A stretch of 50,306 nt of DNA, counting the filler, from an uncultured Candidatus Peribacteria bacterium (GTDB lineage: Bacteria; Patescibacteriota; Gracilibacteria; RBG-16-42-10), in assembly GCA_964514565.1 (NCBI GenBank). It is 2 parts of 2 records of this genome, joined end to end, with 100 filler letters (N's around TTAATTAATTAA, not from the genome) between each part and the next. Parts side by side here need not be neighbours in the genome. Positions count along the whole stretch, not along the records: positions 1 to 24,986 come from CAZERA010000001.1; positions 25,087 to 50,306 come from CAZERA010000003.1. One strand, written 5' to 3'. Below are positions 19,444 through 29,963 of the stretch, one piece after another. How positions within the stretch are numbered: position 1 is the first letter of the stretch; each line of letters starts with the position of its first letter. The position numbers and the translations under genes are program-made. The notes beneath the pieces are model-generated. The model saw only the letters and a program-made list of their open reading frames with translations, was not told the DNA's origin and ran no database searches.

Positions 19444-20251
19444 ATGAATGCAATCTTAGCAGCTTTTTTTGTTTGCAATCCCTATCACTTGCTTGGTAGG
19501 CTTGCTGTGCATCTTTTTGTCGTCCATGACTATCAAGCAATTTCTGATAAGTGGCGTACTACAAACAAAAGAAGATTTTGAATACAATCAAAATCTTTCT
19601 GTTTGGACAAAGAAAATTATCTATAGCCCATTGACCTTTTTAAGCAACTTGCTGAGCTTGGTCGTCAAGCTGTTTACTAGTACCATCAAGGAAAAGTTTA
19701 AAGACCAGGTAATTATTTTTAGTTTTATTGCTGTATTTAGTTATTTACTCTATTCACTAGCACTTGGGCTTTTTGTGCTTATTTTAAACGCATTTAGTTT
19801 CATTGTATTTGGACATCTATTAGTAGAATTGCCCAAATACACTCCAGATTGGCAACAAGTGATAGCTATAATAAGCCGATACCCAATTGTATCTCTTCCG
19901 GGTGACGTTGGTTTATTGTTCAATATGGTTGTTTATTATTGTTTTACTATATGGGTAGTAATGCTAACTACCTCAATAGTTCGATTAATTATTGGGCCGG
20001 GTAAAGTTGTGAGTAAGTATATTGACTCGCAGTTTTATTTTTCTGATCAAGAATACGATCATGCTGTAGAAGTATTAGAAGGATGGAAAAGATGTAATTA
20101 CCAAAAAGCAGTTGCCAAACATGGTGAAAGAATCGTCGATCTTTTATTTTTGGCATCTGTTTTGTACAAAGATCGCTTTTGGCAAATAGGTCGAGCGGTA
20201 GCTTTGAATTCAATTAAAGAAAACAGAGCTGCCCGTGATGACGAGGAATAA
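19444..20251 (+). CDS. Multi-TM hypothetical protein, possibly frameshifted at its 5' end
   Basis: Main ORF 19469-20251 (TTG start); ATG 19444 is 1 nt out of frame across a T7 tract. Confidence 0.6.
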
Positions 20252-20266
20252 TACTGAGGAGATCAC

Positions 20267-21904
20267 TTAATTCATTATTACCTCTTTCTCATAACAGTCG
20301 TGACAGTACACTTGGTTTGCTGTAGCAACTGAGTAGTGCGTGATGATCTGCTTCTGACAATGGTTACAGGTGCGCTCATAAAGTCGGAAGTTTGGTCTTC
20401 GTAATGTGCGTGCTTTGTGTCGACAGCGGAAGCAGTGATGAGGAATTGGTACTTTGATGTTTTGATAAAGTGCTAATTCTTGCTCAGTGATACGAAACTG
20501 CTTGGCACACGATTCGCAGGTGAGAGGTATTTTAGTGATTGCCTCTGTGACATTTACAATCTGATCAGGGATTGGTGCAGGTAATTCGGCTGAGATTGCT
20601 AGCTGATCCTGCCAGTTGTAGCCATTGTGTAAAACTTCTGCTTTGCTCAATGGGAATATATCTTGAGCCAGGGTTTCCTCATAACAAAAAGGGGAAAGTG
20701 ATGGTGGAAAAAACTGGCCAAAGGTTTCTTCTATTCGCATTTTGCTAATAATTTCAGAAACTACTTTTTGATACTCTTCAGGGGAACATTGTTTGTTGAA
20801 AATACAATAACTTTGATTTTGAAGACCGATACAGCCAAAAACATTGGTACAGTTTTTGCAGTACAATGAATAAAAGCTGTCCCGGATATATTGGCAATAC
20901 GCTGAAGCAAACGTGGTATAACTATTTTCTAGTGCGATAAATTCGCTGCTCAATTCACAGTACCCTACTTGGAAACAATTATTACAGTTCTTACTGGTAG
21001 TAGCGTTCAGAATATTGTGACAATCTTCACACTGGTACATAAAAAAGCCCGTGGTATTTTTGGAGTACAAGATGTCATTGCCAATGCAGTTTTCACTTTT
21101 GCGGTTGGTTGATTCTTTTCGTATTACTGTCTCCAGCCAAGCTTGATATTGGTTGATTTGTTTTTGCCATACTTGATAGCTACCGGTATTGAGCTGTGTG
21201 CTCACGTATTGTTCATAGTCTTCTTTCGAATAGGGTTTATTGAAAATATAATACTGTTTATTGCGCAAACCCGCAGAAAACAAACAGTCCGTGCAGTTAC
21301 TGAGGTCGTAACAAAAATAACAATTGTTGGCCAGGCGGCTATCGAGCAAATAAGCACTATGATAACAGCCATGACAATTGACCAATTCATAGCTCAGCTC
21401 TGAACCCAGGGTATAGCTACAATCAGAGCAGTTTTTTGATTCGCCTAGTGCGTACGAGTAGTAACAATCTTGATCTTCATTGCCATCAAAGACAAAATAA
21501 CAATTCTGACTAGAAAGCAGGTTGTTTGTATAAGCACAATTGGAACTCAAAAGATTATTGTCATTCCATAAAGCGGGGAGTGGTTGAGTGGCTAGTAGTT
21601 GTTGAAACTGTTCGAAGAACGATTTTGTGCCATCATAACTGATGCTGGTAATGTCTCGATTTTGCCAACATTTTGCACAATACACTTTGTATGGAGCTCC
21701 GACTTTATACATTCCAATCGTGGAATCACCACATTGGTCACATGGACGGTTGTACAAAGCATAGTGATTGAGCCAGCTAAGTCTTTTTTGATTACTACAT
21801 TCATCACAATAGTAAGGAGCATCAAATACGATTGTTTCGCCTTCTATACCAGGCGACGGTATTTGTTGATATCCCTGTTTACATTGTTTACAAATTTGTT
21901 CCAT
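20267..21904 (-). CDS. Cys-rich CPR-type protein (CxxC zinc-binding ends + Cys/Asn repeats)
   Basis: Many CxxC; CLFSAGLRNKQYYIFNKPYSKEDY; paralog of 44154-45695. Confidence 0.85.
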   Translation of the reverse strand: MEQICKQCKQGYQQIPSPGIEGETIVFDAPYYCDECSNQKRLSWLNHYALYNRPCDQCGDSTIGMYKVGAPYKVYCAKCWQNRDITSISYDGTKSFFEQFQQLLATQPLPALWNDNNLLSSNCAYTNNLLSSQNCYFVFDGNEDQDCYYSYALGESKNCSDCSYTLGSELSYELVNCHGCYHSAYLLDSRLANNCYFCYDLSNCTDCLFSAGLRNKQYYIFNKPYSKEDYEQYVSTQLNTGSYQVWQKQINQYQAWLETVIRKESTNRKSENCIGNDILYSKNTTGFFMYQCEDCHNILNATTSKNCNNCFQVGYCELSSEFIALENSYTTFASAYCQYIRDSFYSLYCKNCTNVFGCIGLQNQSYCIFNKQCSPEEYQKVVSEIISKMRIEETFGQFFPPSLSPFCYEETLAQDIFPLSKAEVLHNGYNWQDQLAISAELPAPIPDQIVNVTEAITKIPLTCESCAKQFRITEQELALYQNIKVPIPHHCFRCRHKARTLRRPNFRLYERTCNHCQKQIITHYSVATANQVYCHDCYEKEVIMN

Positions 21905-22120
21905 ACAATATTAAGCTTTGTTATTACTACGACTTTAGAGAGGATTTGCTACAACCAACTCTCTTTCTAGGTAGTCGGCATATTGCTGAGCATCTATCAT
22001 AAGTGCTGTGCTTAGATTGGTAGTTAATGTTTGAAAAGAAGAATAAGTAAGCACTACCTGCTTAGTTAATCTCAGATTCTTTTTTGGTCAGAAAGTGATA
22101 CAATAGAACGAACATGACTA

Positions 22121-22450
22121 ATGCAAATGGCAACTCAAAAAGAAACGGTTAATTACATACTGGAAAGGCTAGATGATGATGCTACTTTTTCTGTCCGTCC
22201 GATGTTTGGTGAGTATTCATTGTATGTCGATAGCAAAGTGGTAGCCTTGATTGCTGATGATACTTTTTATGTGAAAATTCTGCCTGCTAGTGTTGAGCTC
22301 GAAAGTATTTGTGAGAAAGGCCCTCCTTATCCTGGTGCAAAGTTGTGTTATATCGTGACCGAAGATCAGTTGGTCAGTATTACTAATCTGCCCACTATTT
22401 TGATTGCTATTGCACAAGCTTTGCCAGCCAAGAAAATTAAATCAAAATGA
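22121..22450 (+). CDS. TfoX/Sxy N-terminal domain protein
   Basis: RPMFGEYSLY...ALIADDTFYVK...PYPGAK. Confidence 0.88.
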   Translation: MQMATQKETVNYILERLDDDATFSVRPMFGEYSLYVDSKVVALIADDTFYVKILPASVELESICEKGPPYPGAKLCYIVTEDQLVSITNLPTILIAIAQALPAKKIKSK

Positions 22451-23001
22451 GTAGAGAATCACGAGATCTTTATCAAGATTACGAATTGCTGCAACTGCGA
22501 AGTGGCTTACGTGAGCAATTGGAAAAATTACATCCCTTTGTGCTCGGCAAGGTGATGTTGGCAGTCCTAGAGTCATTTGTTTTGCTTCGTCAGTTACCGT
22601 TGTTGGGTAAGCAACGTGCTCCTGAACTTGCAGATGTAACTTTCGTTAGTCTTATATGTTTTGAAATGGACACCAATAAACTGGCAAAAGGTGTTGGTAT
22701 CTTCATTTCAGAATCGGGTACCGAGGTTCAAGATCACGGTGTTATTGGTGATCCTGATAATATGAAAGTTTCAATTAATGTTGATTACAATTGGTTACCA
22801 TCAAAGCCAGCCCGTTTTGAAAAAGACTTAGGTAATGATGCCATAATGCGCTCATTTATGGAGGATATTGTGAAAAGCGCACAGAAAGAAAATCCTCCTA
22901 GTACTGAGGAGGTTATTCCGTCAGTAGTGCTAGATGTTGTGCAGGAAGAAAAAGTTTGGAGTTTCAGAGCTGTAATTAGTAAGCTTCTGAAGAGAAAATG
23001 A
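22447..23001 (+). CDS. Hypothetical protein
   Basis: ATGA overlap with tfoX-like gene. Confidence 0.65.
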   Translation: MSRESRDLYQDYELLQLRSGLREQLEKLHPFVLGKVMLAVLESFVLLRQLPLLGKQRAPELADVTFVSLICFEMDTNKLAKGVGIFISESGTEVQDHGVIGDPDNMKVSINVDYNWLPSKPARFEKDLGNDAIMRSFMEDIVKSAQKENPPSTEEVIPSVVLDVVQEEKVWSFRAVISKLLKRK

Positions 23002-23066
23002 TTTCGTTGATTCTTGGTCGTGCATCACGCCAAACCCATCGGTATCCGAACTACCAGATCATGCTT

Positions 23067-23735
23067 TTAGTATGAGCACAGTGCCGGGAGCAGCTTTTTA
23101 AAAACACTCATATACGCTATCGCCATTGTTTTATCTGCAGCAGGTTTGAGTTGTTGTTTTGATTGGGGGCTGAGTTCCAGTGAATCAGGGGCAATACTGA
23201 GAGGGATGACGGTAATCTTTTCAGCTCCAATACTATAAGTCTCTATCAATATCTGGCAGCAAACCTCAGTCATTACAACGATGTGGTGAGCATGAGACAC
23301 TAATGTTTTGATGAATTTGTGTAGTTTCTGATCTGGGGTAGGTGAAATAGTATGAAAAGTGATCACTAATGGCTTTCGCAAAGTAGCTACAAAGGTTAGT
23401 AAGTAGTCGCCATTGGGACCACTGTAAAGTCCAAACTCGTGTTGAATACTGACTAGTTTTACTTTTGGATCATGATTGAGCTGTTGGGCCATTGCGACAT
23501 AATCGCCCCGACGACTTTGCAAAATTTGGCCAATTATTTTGTCTGCATAGACTAATTTTTGGGTATCTTTATTCGTCATAGCCATAATTCGAGTCTCTAG
23601 CTGTGGAGCAAAGAGTTGGTCAAAAGCTTTACAGAGTTCGTAACTAAAAGTAGCTATACTACCCGCACGAGGTGGGAAAGGAGTCAGTACTATTATCCAA
23701 GCCTGATCAGTCGGATTGGTAGACATGGATAGCAA
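23067..23735 (-). CDS. GT4 glycosyltransferase N-terminal domain only (half enzyme or pseudogene)
   Basis: FPPRAGSIATFS, SIQHEFGLY, VITFHT, EKITVIP; no C-terminal donor-binding domain. Confidence 0.7.
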   Translation of the reverse strand: MLSMSTNPTDQAWIIVLTPFPPRAGSIATFSYELCKAFDQLFAPQLETRIMAMTNKDTQKLVYADKIIGQILQSRRGDYVAMAQQLNHDPKVKLVSIQHEFGLYSGPNGDYLLTFVATLRKPLVITFHTISPTPDQKLHKFIKTLVSHAHHIVVMTEVCCQILIETYSIGAEKITVIPLSIAPDSLELSPQSKQQLKPAADKTMAIAYMSVFKKLLPALCSY

Positions 23736-23911
23736 GATTTAAAGAATATTTCCCTGAAAATATAAAATCTCATTCGCTCAGAGACCTTTTATACTACTAT
23801 AGTTTACGTCTTTGTGTTTTTTCTTGTGATCAAACTAAAGGCACATTTTATTGGTACAGTTGTATTAAATGGTTGGTAACTTTAAATTGTGGTCAAAATA
23901 TATTCAATCTC

Positions 23912-24724
23912 ATGGATCAACATTTTGCACATTTAGCTACGAATGCTGAATATTTGCAGGCGATTGCCAAAGGGACTAAACCTGAACATATCGTGATGGA
24001 CATTGATTTCAGTCTACTGACTGATGCTTTAGCATCGTTCGGTATTGGTGATCTTTATCATTTGGTTACCAAGGACAGCATTGATGCTGATCAAGTGCAG
24101 ATTGCCGTGACTGCCTGGGCTGAAAAGCTGGCAGGCAATTCTGTTTCAGCTGAACAACGGGAAAGACTAACAAAGCTTTGGTCTTATCTGGCTGAAGATG
24201 ATGCCGTAAACTTAGCTCCTGCAGATGTGATTTTTGTATTTGGTGGACCGGAGACTATCAAGGCTCGTAAAGCGGTGGAATTATATAAAGCAGGCAAAGC
24301 ACCTAGGATAGTGTTTACTGGTGATACACAGAGAGCTTTGGTTGATCAACTGCATGTTAGTGAATCTGTGCGAGATGCTACTATTGCGATTGAAGCAGGT
24401 GTGCCCAAAGAAGCGATCTTGATCGATGATAAATCCATCAATACGCCAGAAAATGTGCAAAATGCCTTGAAACTTTTGTCAGAGCAAGAGACATTTCCTA
24501 CCCGTTTCATTTTAGTGAACCTTCCTTGGTATCTTCGTCGGGCTACTAATACTTTTCTGACTTATTGGCGTTCTGCTCCAGTTGCTTGTACTAGTGTGCA
24601 GCGAGTGAATGCCGGATCTGAGCAATACAATGCAGAAAACTATTATCAGTCACGTCGTGGACTTGAATATGTTGTTTTCGAGTATCTCAAGATCTATATG
24701 GCTAGGGCTATGGGGCATATGTAG
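23912..24724 (+). CDS. YdcF/DUF218 (ElyC/SanA-like) protein
   Basis: ADVIFVFG, IVFTG, SINTPENV, YLRRA. Confidence 0.85.
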   Translation: MDQHFAHLATNAEYLQAIAKGTKPEHIVMDIDFSLLTDALASFGIGDLYHLVTKDSIDADQVQIAVTAWAEKLAGNSVSAEQRERLTKLWSYLAEDDAVNLAPADVIFVFGGPETIKARKAVELYKAGKAPRIVFTGDTQRALVDQLHVSESVRDATIAIEAGVPKEAILIDDKSINTPENVQNALKLLSEQETFPTRFILVNLPWYLRRATNTFLTYWRSAPVACTSVQRVNAGSEQYNAENYYQSRRGLEYVVFEYLKIYMARAMGHM

Positions 24725-24928
24725 ACTAATTCAAGATCCACTCGCTAGTTATAATCTCGAAGTGCAGTTGAAAATCGCCTAAGCTCTTTACAACTATTGA
24801 AGATTCGCTAAACTACCAGCGCATATTCCTCCCGCAGTTGCGGGACTCAATGATAGTGCCACTTTAGCTGAAAAGAACGGCCTGAGTGTAAAAAACAAAA
24901 AGCATTCCCGTACCATATCTCTCTATAT

Positions 24929-24986
24929 TCCCCTGTAGCTCAATGGTAGAGCGACCGGCTGTTAACCGGTAGGTTGTTGGTTCGAG
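24929..24986 (+). tRNA. tRNA-Asn(GTT), truncated at contig end
   Basis: TCCCCTGTAGCTCAATGGTAGAGC; anticodon arm ACCGG-CTGTTAA-CCGGT; GGTTCGA T-loop. Confidence 0.95.
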
Positions 24987-25086
24987 NNNNNNNNNNNNNN
25001 NNNNNNNNNNNNNNNNNNNNNNNNNNNNNNTTAATTAATTAANNNNNNNNNNNNNNNNNNNNNNNNNNNNNNNNNNNNNNNNNNNN
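24987..25086. other. Artificial contig-joining linker
   Basis: N44-TTAATTAATTAA-N44 (stops in all six frames). Confidence 0.97.
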
Positions 25087-25405
<319 letters not shown>

Positions 25406-25573
25406 TTTTACATATATAGATTTAATGACGAAGGTCCTCTTCCTTTATTGGAAGAAAATTTCGTCTTTCTATCTAGCCTAGGTTTGGCTAGTAATGTGGG
25501 AATAAGGACAAGACAACATAGTCTTCAAACTTTGATCTCACTAAATCGTTTTTCCTTTACTTTATCTATTCTT

Positions 25574-25691
25574 TCCTGGTGATTATACCAGTGGGGGTCA
25601 CACCTGATCCCGTTCCGATCTCAGAAGTTAAGCCTTTCTGGGCTGATGGTACTGCTGGCTTTGCCTGTGGGAGAGTAAGTTGTCGCCAGGA
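25574..25691 (+). rRNA. rrf: 5S rRNA
   Basis: TCCTGG...CCAGGA terminal helix; CACACCTGATCCCGTTCCGATCTCAGAAGTTAAGC; GATGGTACT; GGGAGAGTA. Confidence 0.93.
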
Positions 25692-25710
25692 CAGAGTAGA
25701 TAAAATAAAG

Positions 25711-25742
25711 ATCAGAGGTCAGAGATACGAAAGCAGAGATTT
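25711..25742 (-). repeat. Family A heptamer repeat copy
   Basis: Reverse complement aatctctgctttcgtatctctgacctctgat. Confidence 0.65.
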
Positions 25743-25784
25743 CTGTTTAGTATTAAAACCTTGCAATATAACTTTGCGCTTATA

Positions 25785-25816
25785 GGCCGTCTAAATTTGG
25801 TAGATGGTCTTTTTTT
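25785..25816 (+). terminator. rRNA operon terminator
   Basis: ggccgtcta...tagatggtc followed by T7. Confidence 0.7.
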
Positions 25817-25819
25817 GTA

Positions 25820-26305
25820 TCAAATTTTATGATAATCGTCGTGATTGTCGCCACTTATTGGTGGTGTTTGAATAGAAAGAAAATAAAACATTCCATTTGG
25901 CTTTACGCTAAAACCATGAAGAGTATTTCTTGGTATTAGTAAGCTATAATCTTGATCAATTTCAATCCAATCGTCATTCTGATAAGTCAGTGCTCCTATT
26001 GGGTCGGGAAAATTATTTCTTGCGCTTAAAACGCAAATAAACGCGTTGGAAAATTGGTGATAATGTACTTGATCAGTGAGATCAGATTCTACTCGTACTA
26101 TTTCTACTTGTAGCTCCTTAGCATTGTAATTCAATGAATTTAAGAGAGCATTGAGAAAATCTTCAGTAAGTCTACTTTTGCCAAAACCATGATAATCAAT
26201 AAATGTGAGATCTTTGATTATTTGTGGACCGAGCTCACTACTAAACTTCTCTAGGACTTGATTAGCAATAATCTCTAGATTAGGGCTATTTTGTTGTGGC
26301 ATCAT
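25820..26305 (-). CDS. Cupin-domain protein
   Basis: HYH motif; LLIPRNTLHGF; FLSIQTPPI. Confidence 0.75.
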   Translation of the reverse strand: MMPQQNSPNLEIIANQVLEKFSSELGPQIIKDLTFIDYHGFGKSRLTEDFLNALLNSLNYNAKELQVEIVRVESDLTDQVHYHQFSNAFICVLSARNNFPDPIGALTYQNDDWIEIDQDYSLLIPRNTLHGFSVKPNGMFYFLSIQTPPISGDNHDDYHKI

Positions 26306-26506
26306 TACTATTTGGGAGAGCTATTCAAAATTGATGATTCGTAAGCCTATAATATCAGAATGATGTGTGAGTCTAATAGTTTTTTTGTATTTTCGAATTG
26401 TGTTTGTGGGGGTAAATCTTCAATACTCGGTAGGATACAATGTGCAAATGTTATTTTGTCTCTTTTCGGTCGAGTAATTTGGCAGGCACTGCTAGTTTAA
26501 CCACAC

Positions 26507-28039
26507 CTATGAGTCAACTGTAACTCCAAAGCTTTCATACATGGATCTTTCAAACTGAGTACCACAATATTGGGAAATAGGTTGGACACCTATTTTTCTA
26601 CCAAAAAAATCAAATAATATACCTAATCCTACATACCCCGCAGCTTGTTCAATATTTGCTTCACTAACTCGATCTGTAGGGATATGCTGCAATTTTAGGT
26701 GAGGATAAAGTCTTTTTAAGGCATTGAATGCAGGAATCTTAAGTCCACTATCACTGGTTTTATAACTGAATGGCATTGCATTTGGTGGTAAGTTCTCTGA
26801 ACGGGTACATACAAGGTGGGTGTGTCTGCTTTTTACTCGTAGTGATGTTCCTTTTGGTAAGGCTACTTTTTTGTAGACAATACTTGTGGGAGTAAATGAA
26901 ATTTCATTGAATAAGCCAGCGTTAAATTCAGGGAGATAGAGAGCAAGCTGTTTGCTTTCTAGAAAAGCTTGAGCCTCATGTTCGTTTAAGTCATCAGTTC
27001 CCTCACTTGCATATAGTCCACTTTGTTTAAAGTCGCCCTTTACTTTTGCTTCGTCAGCAAAATAACGGTACATAATTTCTAATAGGGCTGTCATTGCAAT
27101 TGCAAGTGCCCGTTGGAAAATAACACATCCTAATATCAATTGATTATCTGGATGGGAAGTCATTTTGCTAGCTTCATGTTTTGCCGTTTGTTCAATTAAT
27201 TCATACATAAGTTTCTGTCCGCCTTCTAATAATCTTTCCATTGGCATTGCTACTGATTGGCTCACTACAATTTTATCAACTTTGGCTTTTTGGGCTGTTT
27301 CAATTAGAGTTTGAACTTCAATTGCGGTTAATGATGATAGCGTATTTTTCATAGTCAAAGCCTTGGCACCTTCAAACTTTTGCAGAACTCTTCCTAGGAA
27401 CTCTTGGTATGGTGGTACTGATATATAAGGAGTATTGGGTACTTTTGTTCGTGCTACTGCTGCTAGAAGGGGAGAGGGATCATGACAAATTAAATGTGCT
27501 CCTCGGCTAGTGATATTGGTCTGCATATGGTTTATTCTTCTCACATCTAGACCAGCACCGCTTTCGCATACCAACATACCTGTTTGGGTATCTAAAAGTG
27601 ACAAAACATAATCAATATGTTTTTCAGTTATTGCTGTTGGTAAATCATCCTTTGATGCTAAGCTTTTATACATTTGTTCATTATACCCTCCCAAGTCACT
27701 ACTTTGTCCTGATCTCATGATAGTTGTGACAGTTGCCCCATTTTCCTCCATTAAGAAAAATGCATCGTCACGTGGACGTTTGCGCCATTTTTCTTGTAAT
27801 ACTGATCTACCATCTGCCAATGCTAGTGCGATTAGTTTTCTCATATCGTGTCGATATACTACAGTTCGCGCAAGCGTGTCACGTTCTACTTGAGCCGATG
27901 TGGTTAATACTGCTTTCAATGCAGAATCAAATTGATCTACATAGTCTATTGGCTGAGTAGGAATAGTAACTGATGCGCCATCAATACTAATTGGGGATTG
28001 TTGTTCGTCTTCGATTCGAGAAAATTTATATACACTCAC
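26507..28039 (-). CDS. Hypothetical protein with degenerate class I methyltransferase-like domain
   Basis: LVCESGAG (motif I-like) and LICHDPSP (motif II-like). Confidence 0.55.
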   Translation of the reverse strand: MSVYKFSRIEDEQQSPISIDGASVTIPTQPIDYVDQFDSALKAVLTTSAQVERDTLARTVVYRHDMRKLIALALADGRSVLQEKWRKRPRDDAFFLMEENGATVTTIMRSGQSSDLGGYNEQMYKSLASKDDLPTAITEKHIDYVLSLLDTQTGMLVCESGAGLDVRRINHMQTNITSRGAHLICHDPSPLLAAVARTKVPNTPYISVPPYQEFLGRVLQKFEGAKALTMKNTLSSLTAIEVQTLIETAQKAKVDKIVVSQSVAMPMERLLEGGQKLMYELIEQTAKHEASKMTSHPDNQLILGCVIFQRALAIAMTALLEIMYRYFADEAKVKGDFKQSGLYASEGTDDLNEHEAQAFLESKQLALYLPEFNAGLFNEISFTPTSIVYKKVALPKGTSLRVKSRHTHLVCTRSENLPPNAMPFSYKTSDSGLKIPAFNALKRLYPHLKLQHIPTDRVSEANIEQAAGYVGLGILFDFFGRKIGVQPISQYCGTQFERSMYESFGVTVDS

Positions 28040-28155
28040 CGTTTAACAAATTAATTGATTGCTATTATGCAATTTACCTTATTGATAGTCAATGCCTCTT
28101 TGGCATCAATGATTATGTCGAATATGCTATATTATTGCTGAATTTTTAGTTCTTT

Positions 28156-29268
28156 ATGAAAGTTGCAATTGTTAATGATTGGCTCACATCACGAGGGGGA
28201 GAGATCAATGTGCTTTTCGCTTTGGCTGATCTTTTTCCAGAGGCACCTATTTATACTTCAGTCTATAATGCTGAGAAGATTCCAGAACTCAAGACCAAAG
28301 ATGTGCGACCGTCTTGGCTACAAAAGATGCCTTTTGCCAATAAGATCCATAAGATGATACCGATGCTGCGTCCACACGCATTTGAGAGTATGAATTTGTC
28401 TGAGTTCAAAATAGTAATTTCTTCCAGTCATGCGGAAGCAAAAGGAGTGATTACCAAGCCCGATACTGTTCATATTTGTTATTGCCATACACCAACGCGA
28501 TATTATTGGAGCAACTATCACGAGTACCGTAATCAAATGGAGTTTGGTATCTTGAATCCAATTGCCCGTATTGCTATGCCGATCTTTATCCACAAGCTTC
28601 GCCAGTGGGATTATTTAGCAGCGCAACGGGTAGATTACTTTATTGCTAATTCCAAATTTGTCGCTGAACGAATCAAGAAATATTATCGTCGTGATTCCAC
28701 AGTGATTTATCCACCAGTAGACACGGTAACTCATTATTATGATGCTAGTGTAAAAAAAGAGGATTATTATTTCACGATGTCTCGTCTCATTCCTTACAAG
28801 AGATTTGATATCTTAGTAAAGGCAGCTACTGAAGCTGGTGTGAAACTGAAGGTCGGTGGTAGTGGACCTGAGCTGGAGAAGCTGAAGAAAATAGCTGGTC
28901 CAACAGTAGAGTTTTTAGGCTTTGTCAGTGATGCTGATAAAGTTAGCCTAATGCAAAAAGCAAAGGGGTTCTTGTTTGCTGCTGAAGAGGACTTTGGTAT
29001 TGTTCCTGTGGAAGCAATGGCCTGTGGTACACCTGTATTGGCTTATGGTAAAGGAGGATTGGCAGAAATCGTTACTAACGATACTGGTATTTTGTTGCCT
29101 GAACAAGCGGTGGCTTGTTTTGTAGAGGGGATTAAACAAATGGAAAAGGCTACTTTTGATCCATTGGTTGTGCGCAAAAGAGCTGAACAGTTTTCATTGG
29201 ATGTGTTCAAGAAGAGTATTACTGAATATGTACAATCAGTGACTCCCAAAGCCGAAGGGAATAGTTAG
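28156..29268 (+). CDS. GT4 glycosyltransferase
   Basis: DWLTSRGGE, CYCHTPTRY, EEDFGIVPVEAMACGTPV. Confidence 0.93.
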   Translation: MKVAIVNDWLTSRGGEINVLFALADLFPEAPIYTSVYNAEKIPELKTKDVRPSWLQKMPFANKIHKMIPMLRPHAFESMNLSEFKIVISSSHAEAKGVITKPDTVHICYCHTPTRYYWSNYHEYRNQMEFGILNPIARIAMPIFIHKLRQWDYLAAQRVDYFIANSKFVAERIKKYYRRDSTVIYPPVDTVTHYYDASVKKEDYYFTMSRLIPYKRFDILVKAATEAGVKLKVGGSGPELEKLKKIAGPTVEFLGFVSDADKVSLMQKAKGFLFAAEEDFGIVPVEAMACGTPVLAYGKGGLAEIVTNDTGILLPEQAVACFVEGIKQMEKATFDPLVVRKRAEQFSLDVFKKSITEYVQSVTPKAEGNS

Positions 29269-29358
29269 CGAGTATTCATTTGTGTGCAATTTGACCGAGA
29301 CTTCTCACCTGTCCGGCTCATGTGGGAGGGAAGGTGCAATCAATATCATTATTTTAAA

Positions 29359-29392
29359 AAAGTAGAGCGATCTTGATGCCGCTCTACTTCTT
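29359..29392. terminator. Bidirectional terminator
   Basis: aagtagagcg...cgctctactt between convergent genes. Confidence 0.7.
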
Positions 29393-29424
29393 AATTTTTA
29401 CGTTTTACTTTTTACTTCACAAGC

Positions 29425-29922
29425 TTAATCAGGATTGGTCATAGAGAGATACACTTTTCCCCACAAGCCTGGATGAGCTTTTTCTTGTTCATAATGTGCC
29501 CGGTACTGCACTAACTGTTCTTGAATATCAGTTAATTGTTGTTTGGTAAGAACAATTTCAGATAGAGGGAAAAGACTTCTTTCTTCTTCGCCAGCGTGAT
29601 GCTCTACTAGGTCAGTTAGTGTCTTCATTTTACCTAACCAATCATCATTATTTTTCTGCCAAGTATTGAGCTCTTTGAGCACAACCTTCATCAGGTGATG
29701 TTCTTCATAAGCCTCTGCTGTTTGCAGATGACTTTTAGAAATATCTTTGAGGATTGGGTATAAAATTGCTTCTTCGATTTTGGCATGATGATCGAGTAGA
29801 TCTTTGATTTCTTCGAAGAGGTGTTCGCGAGTTTTGACACTGCGTGAAGATGTATGAAGTACCTCAGCAAAAAGTTGAGAGAGCTTTTTGTGGTCTTGTT
29901 TGAGAATTTCAAAGGGAGTCAT
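29425..29922 (-). CDS. Hemerythrin/HHE cation-binding protein
   Basis: LKQDH, HAKIEEAILYP, EEHH, HHAGEEERSLFP. Confidence 0.9.
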   Translation of the reverse strand: MTPFEILKQDHKKLSQLFAEVLHTSSRSVKTREHLFEEIKDLLDHHAKIEEAILYPILKDISKSHLQTAEAYEEHHLMKVVLKELNTWQKNNDDWLGKMKTLTDLVEHHAGEEERSLFPLSEIVLTKQQLTDIQEQLVQYRAHYEQEKAHPGLWGKVYLSMTNPD

Positions 29923-29963
29923 ATTGGTGGGAATTAAAAATTAAGAGGGAAGAGGTAAGAAGT

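Noticed and set aside
25031..25042. TTAATTAATTAA palindrome
   Set aside because: Synthetic six-frame-stop linker within N runs
25579..25785. 68-aa ORF
   Set aside because: Overlaps the 5S rRNA; spurious
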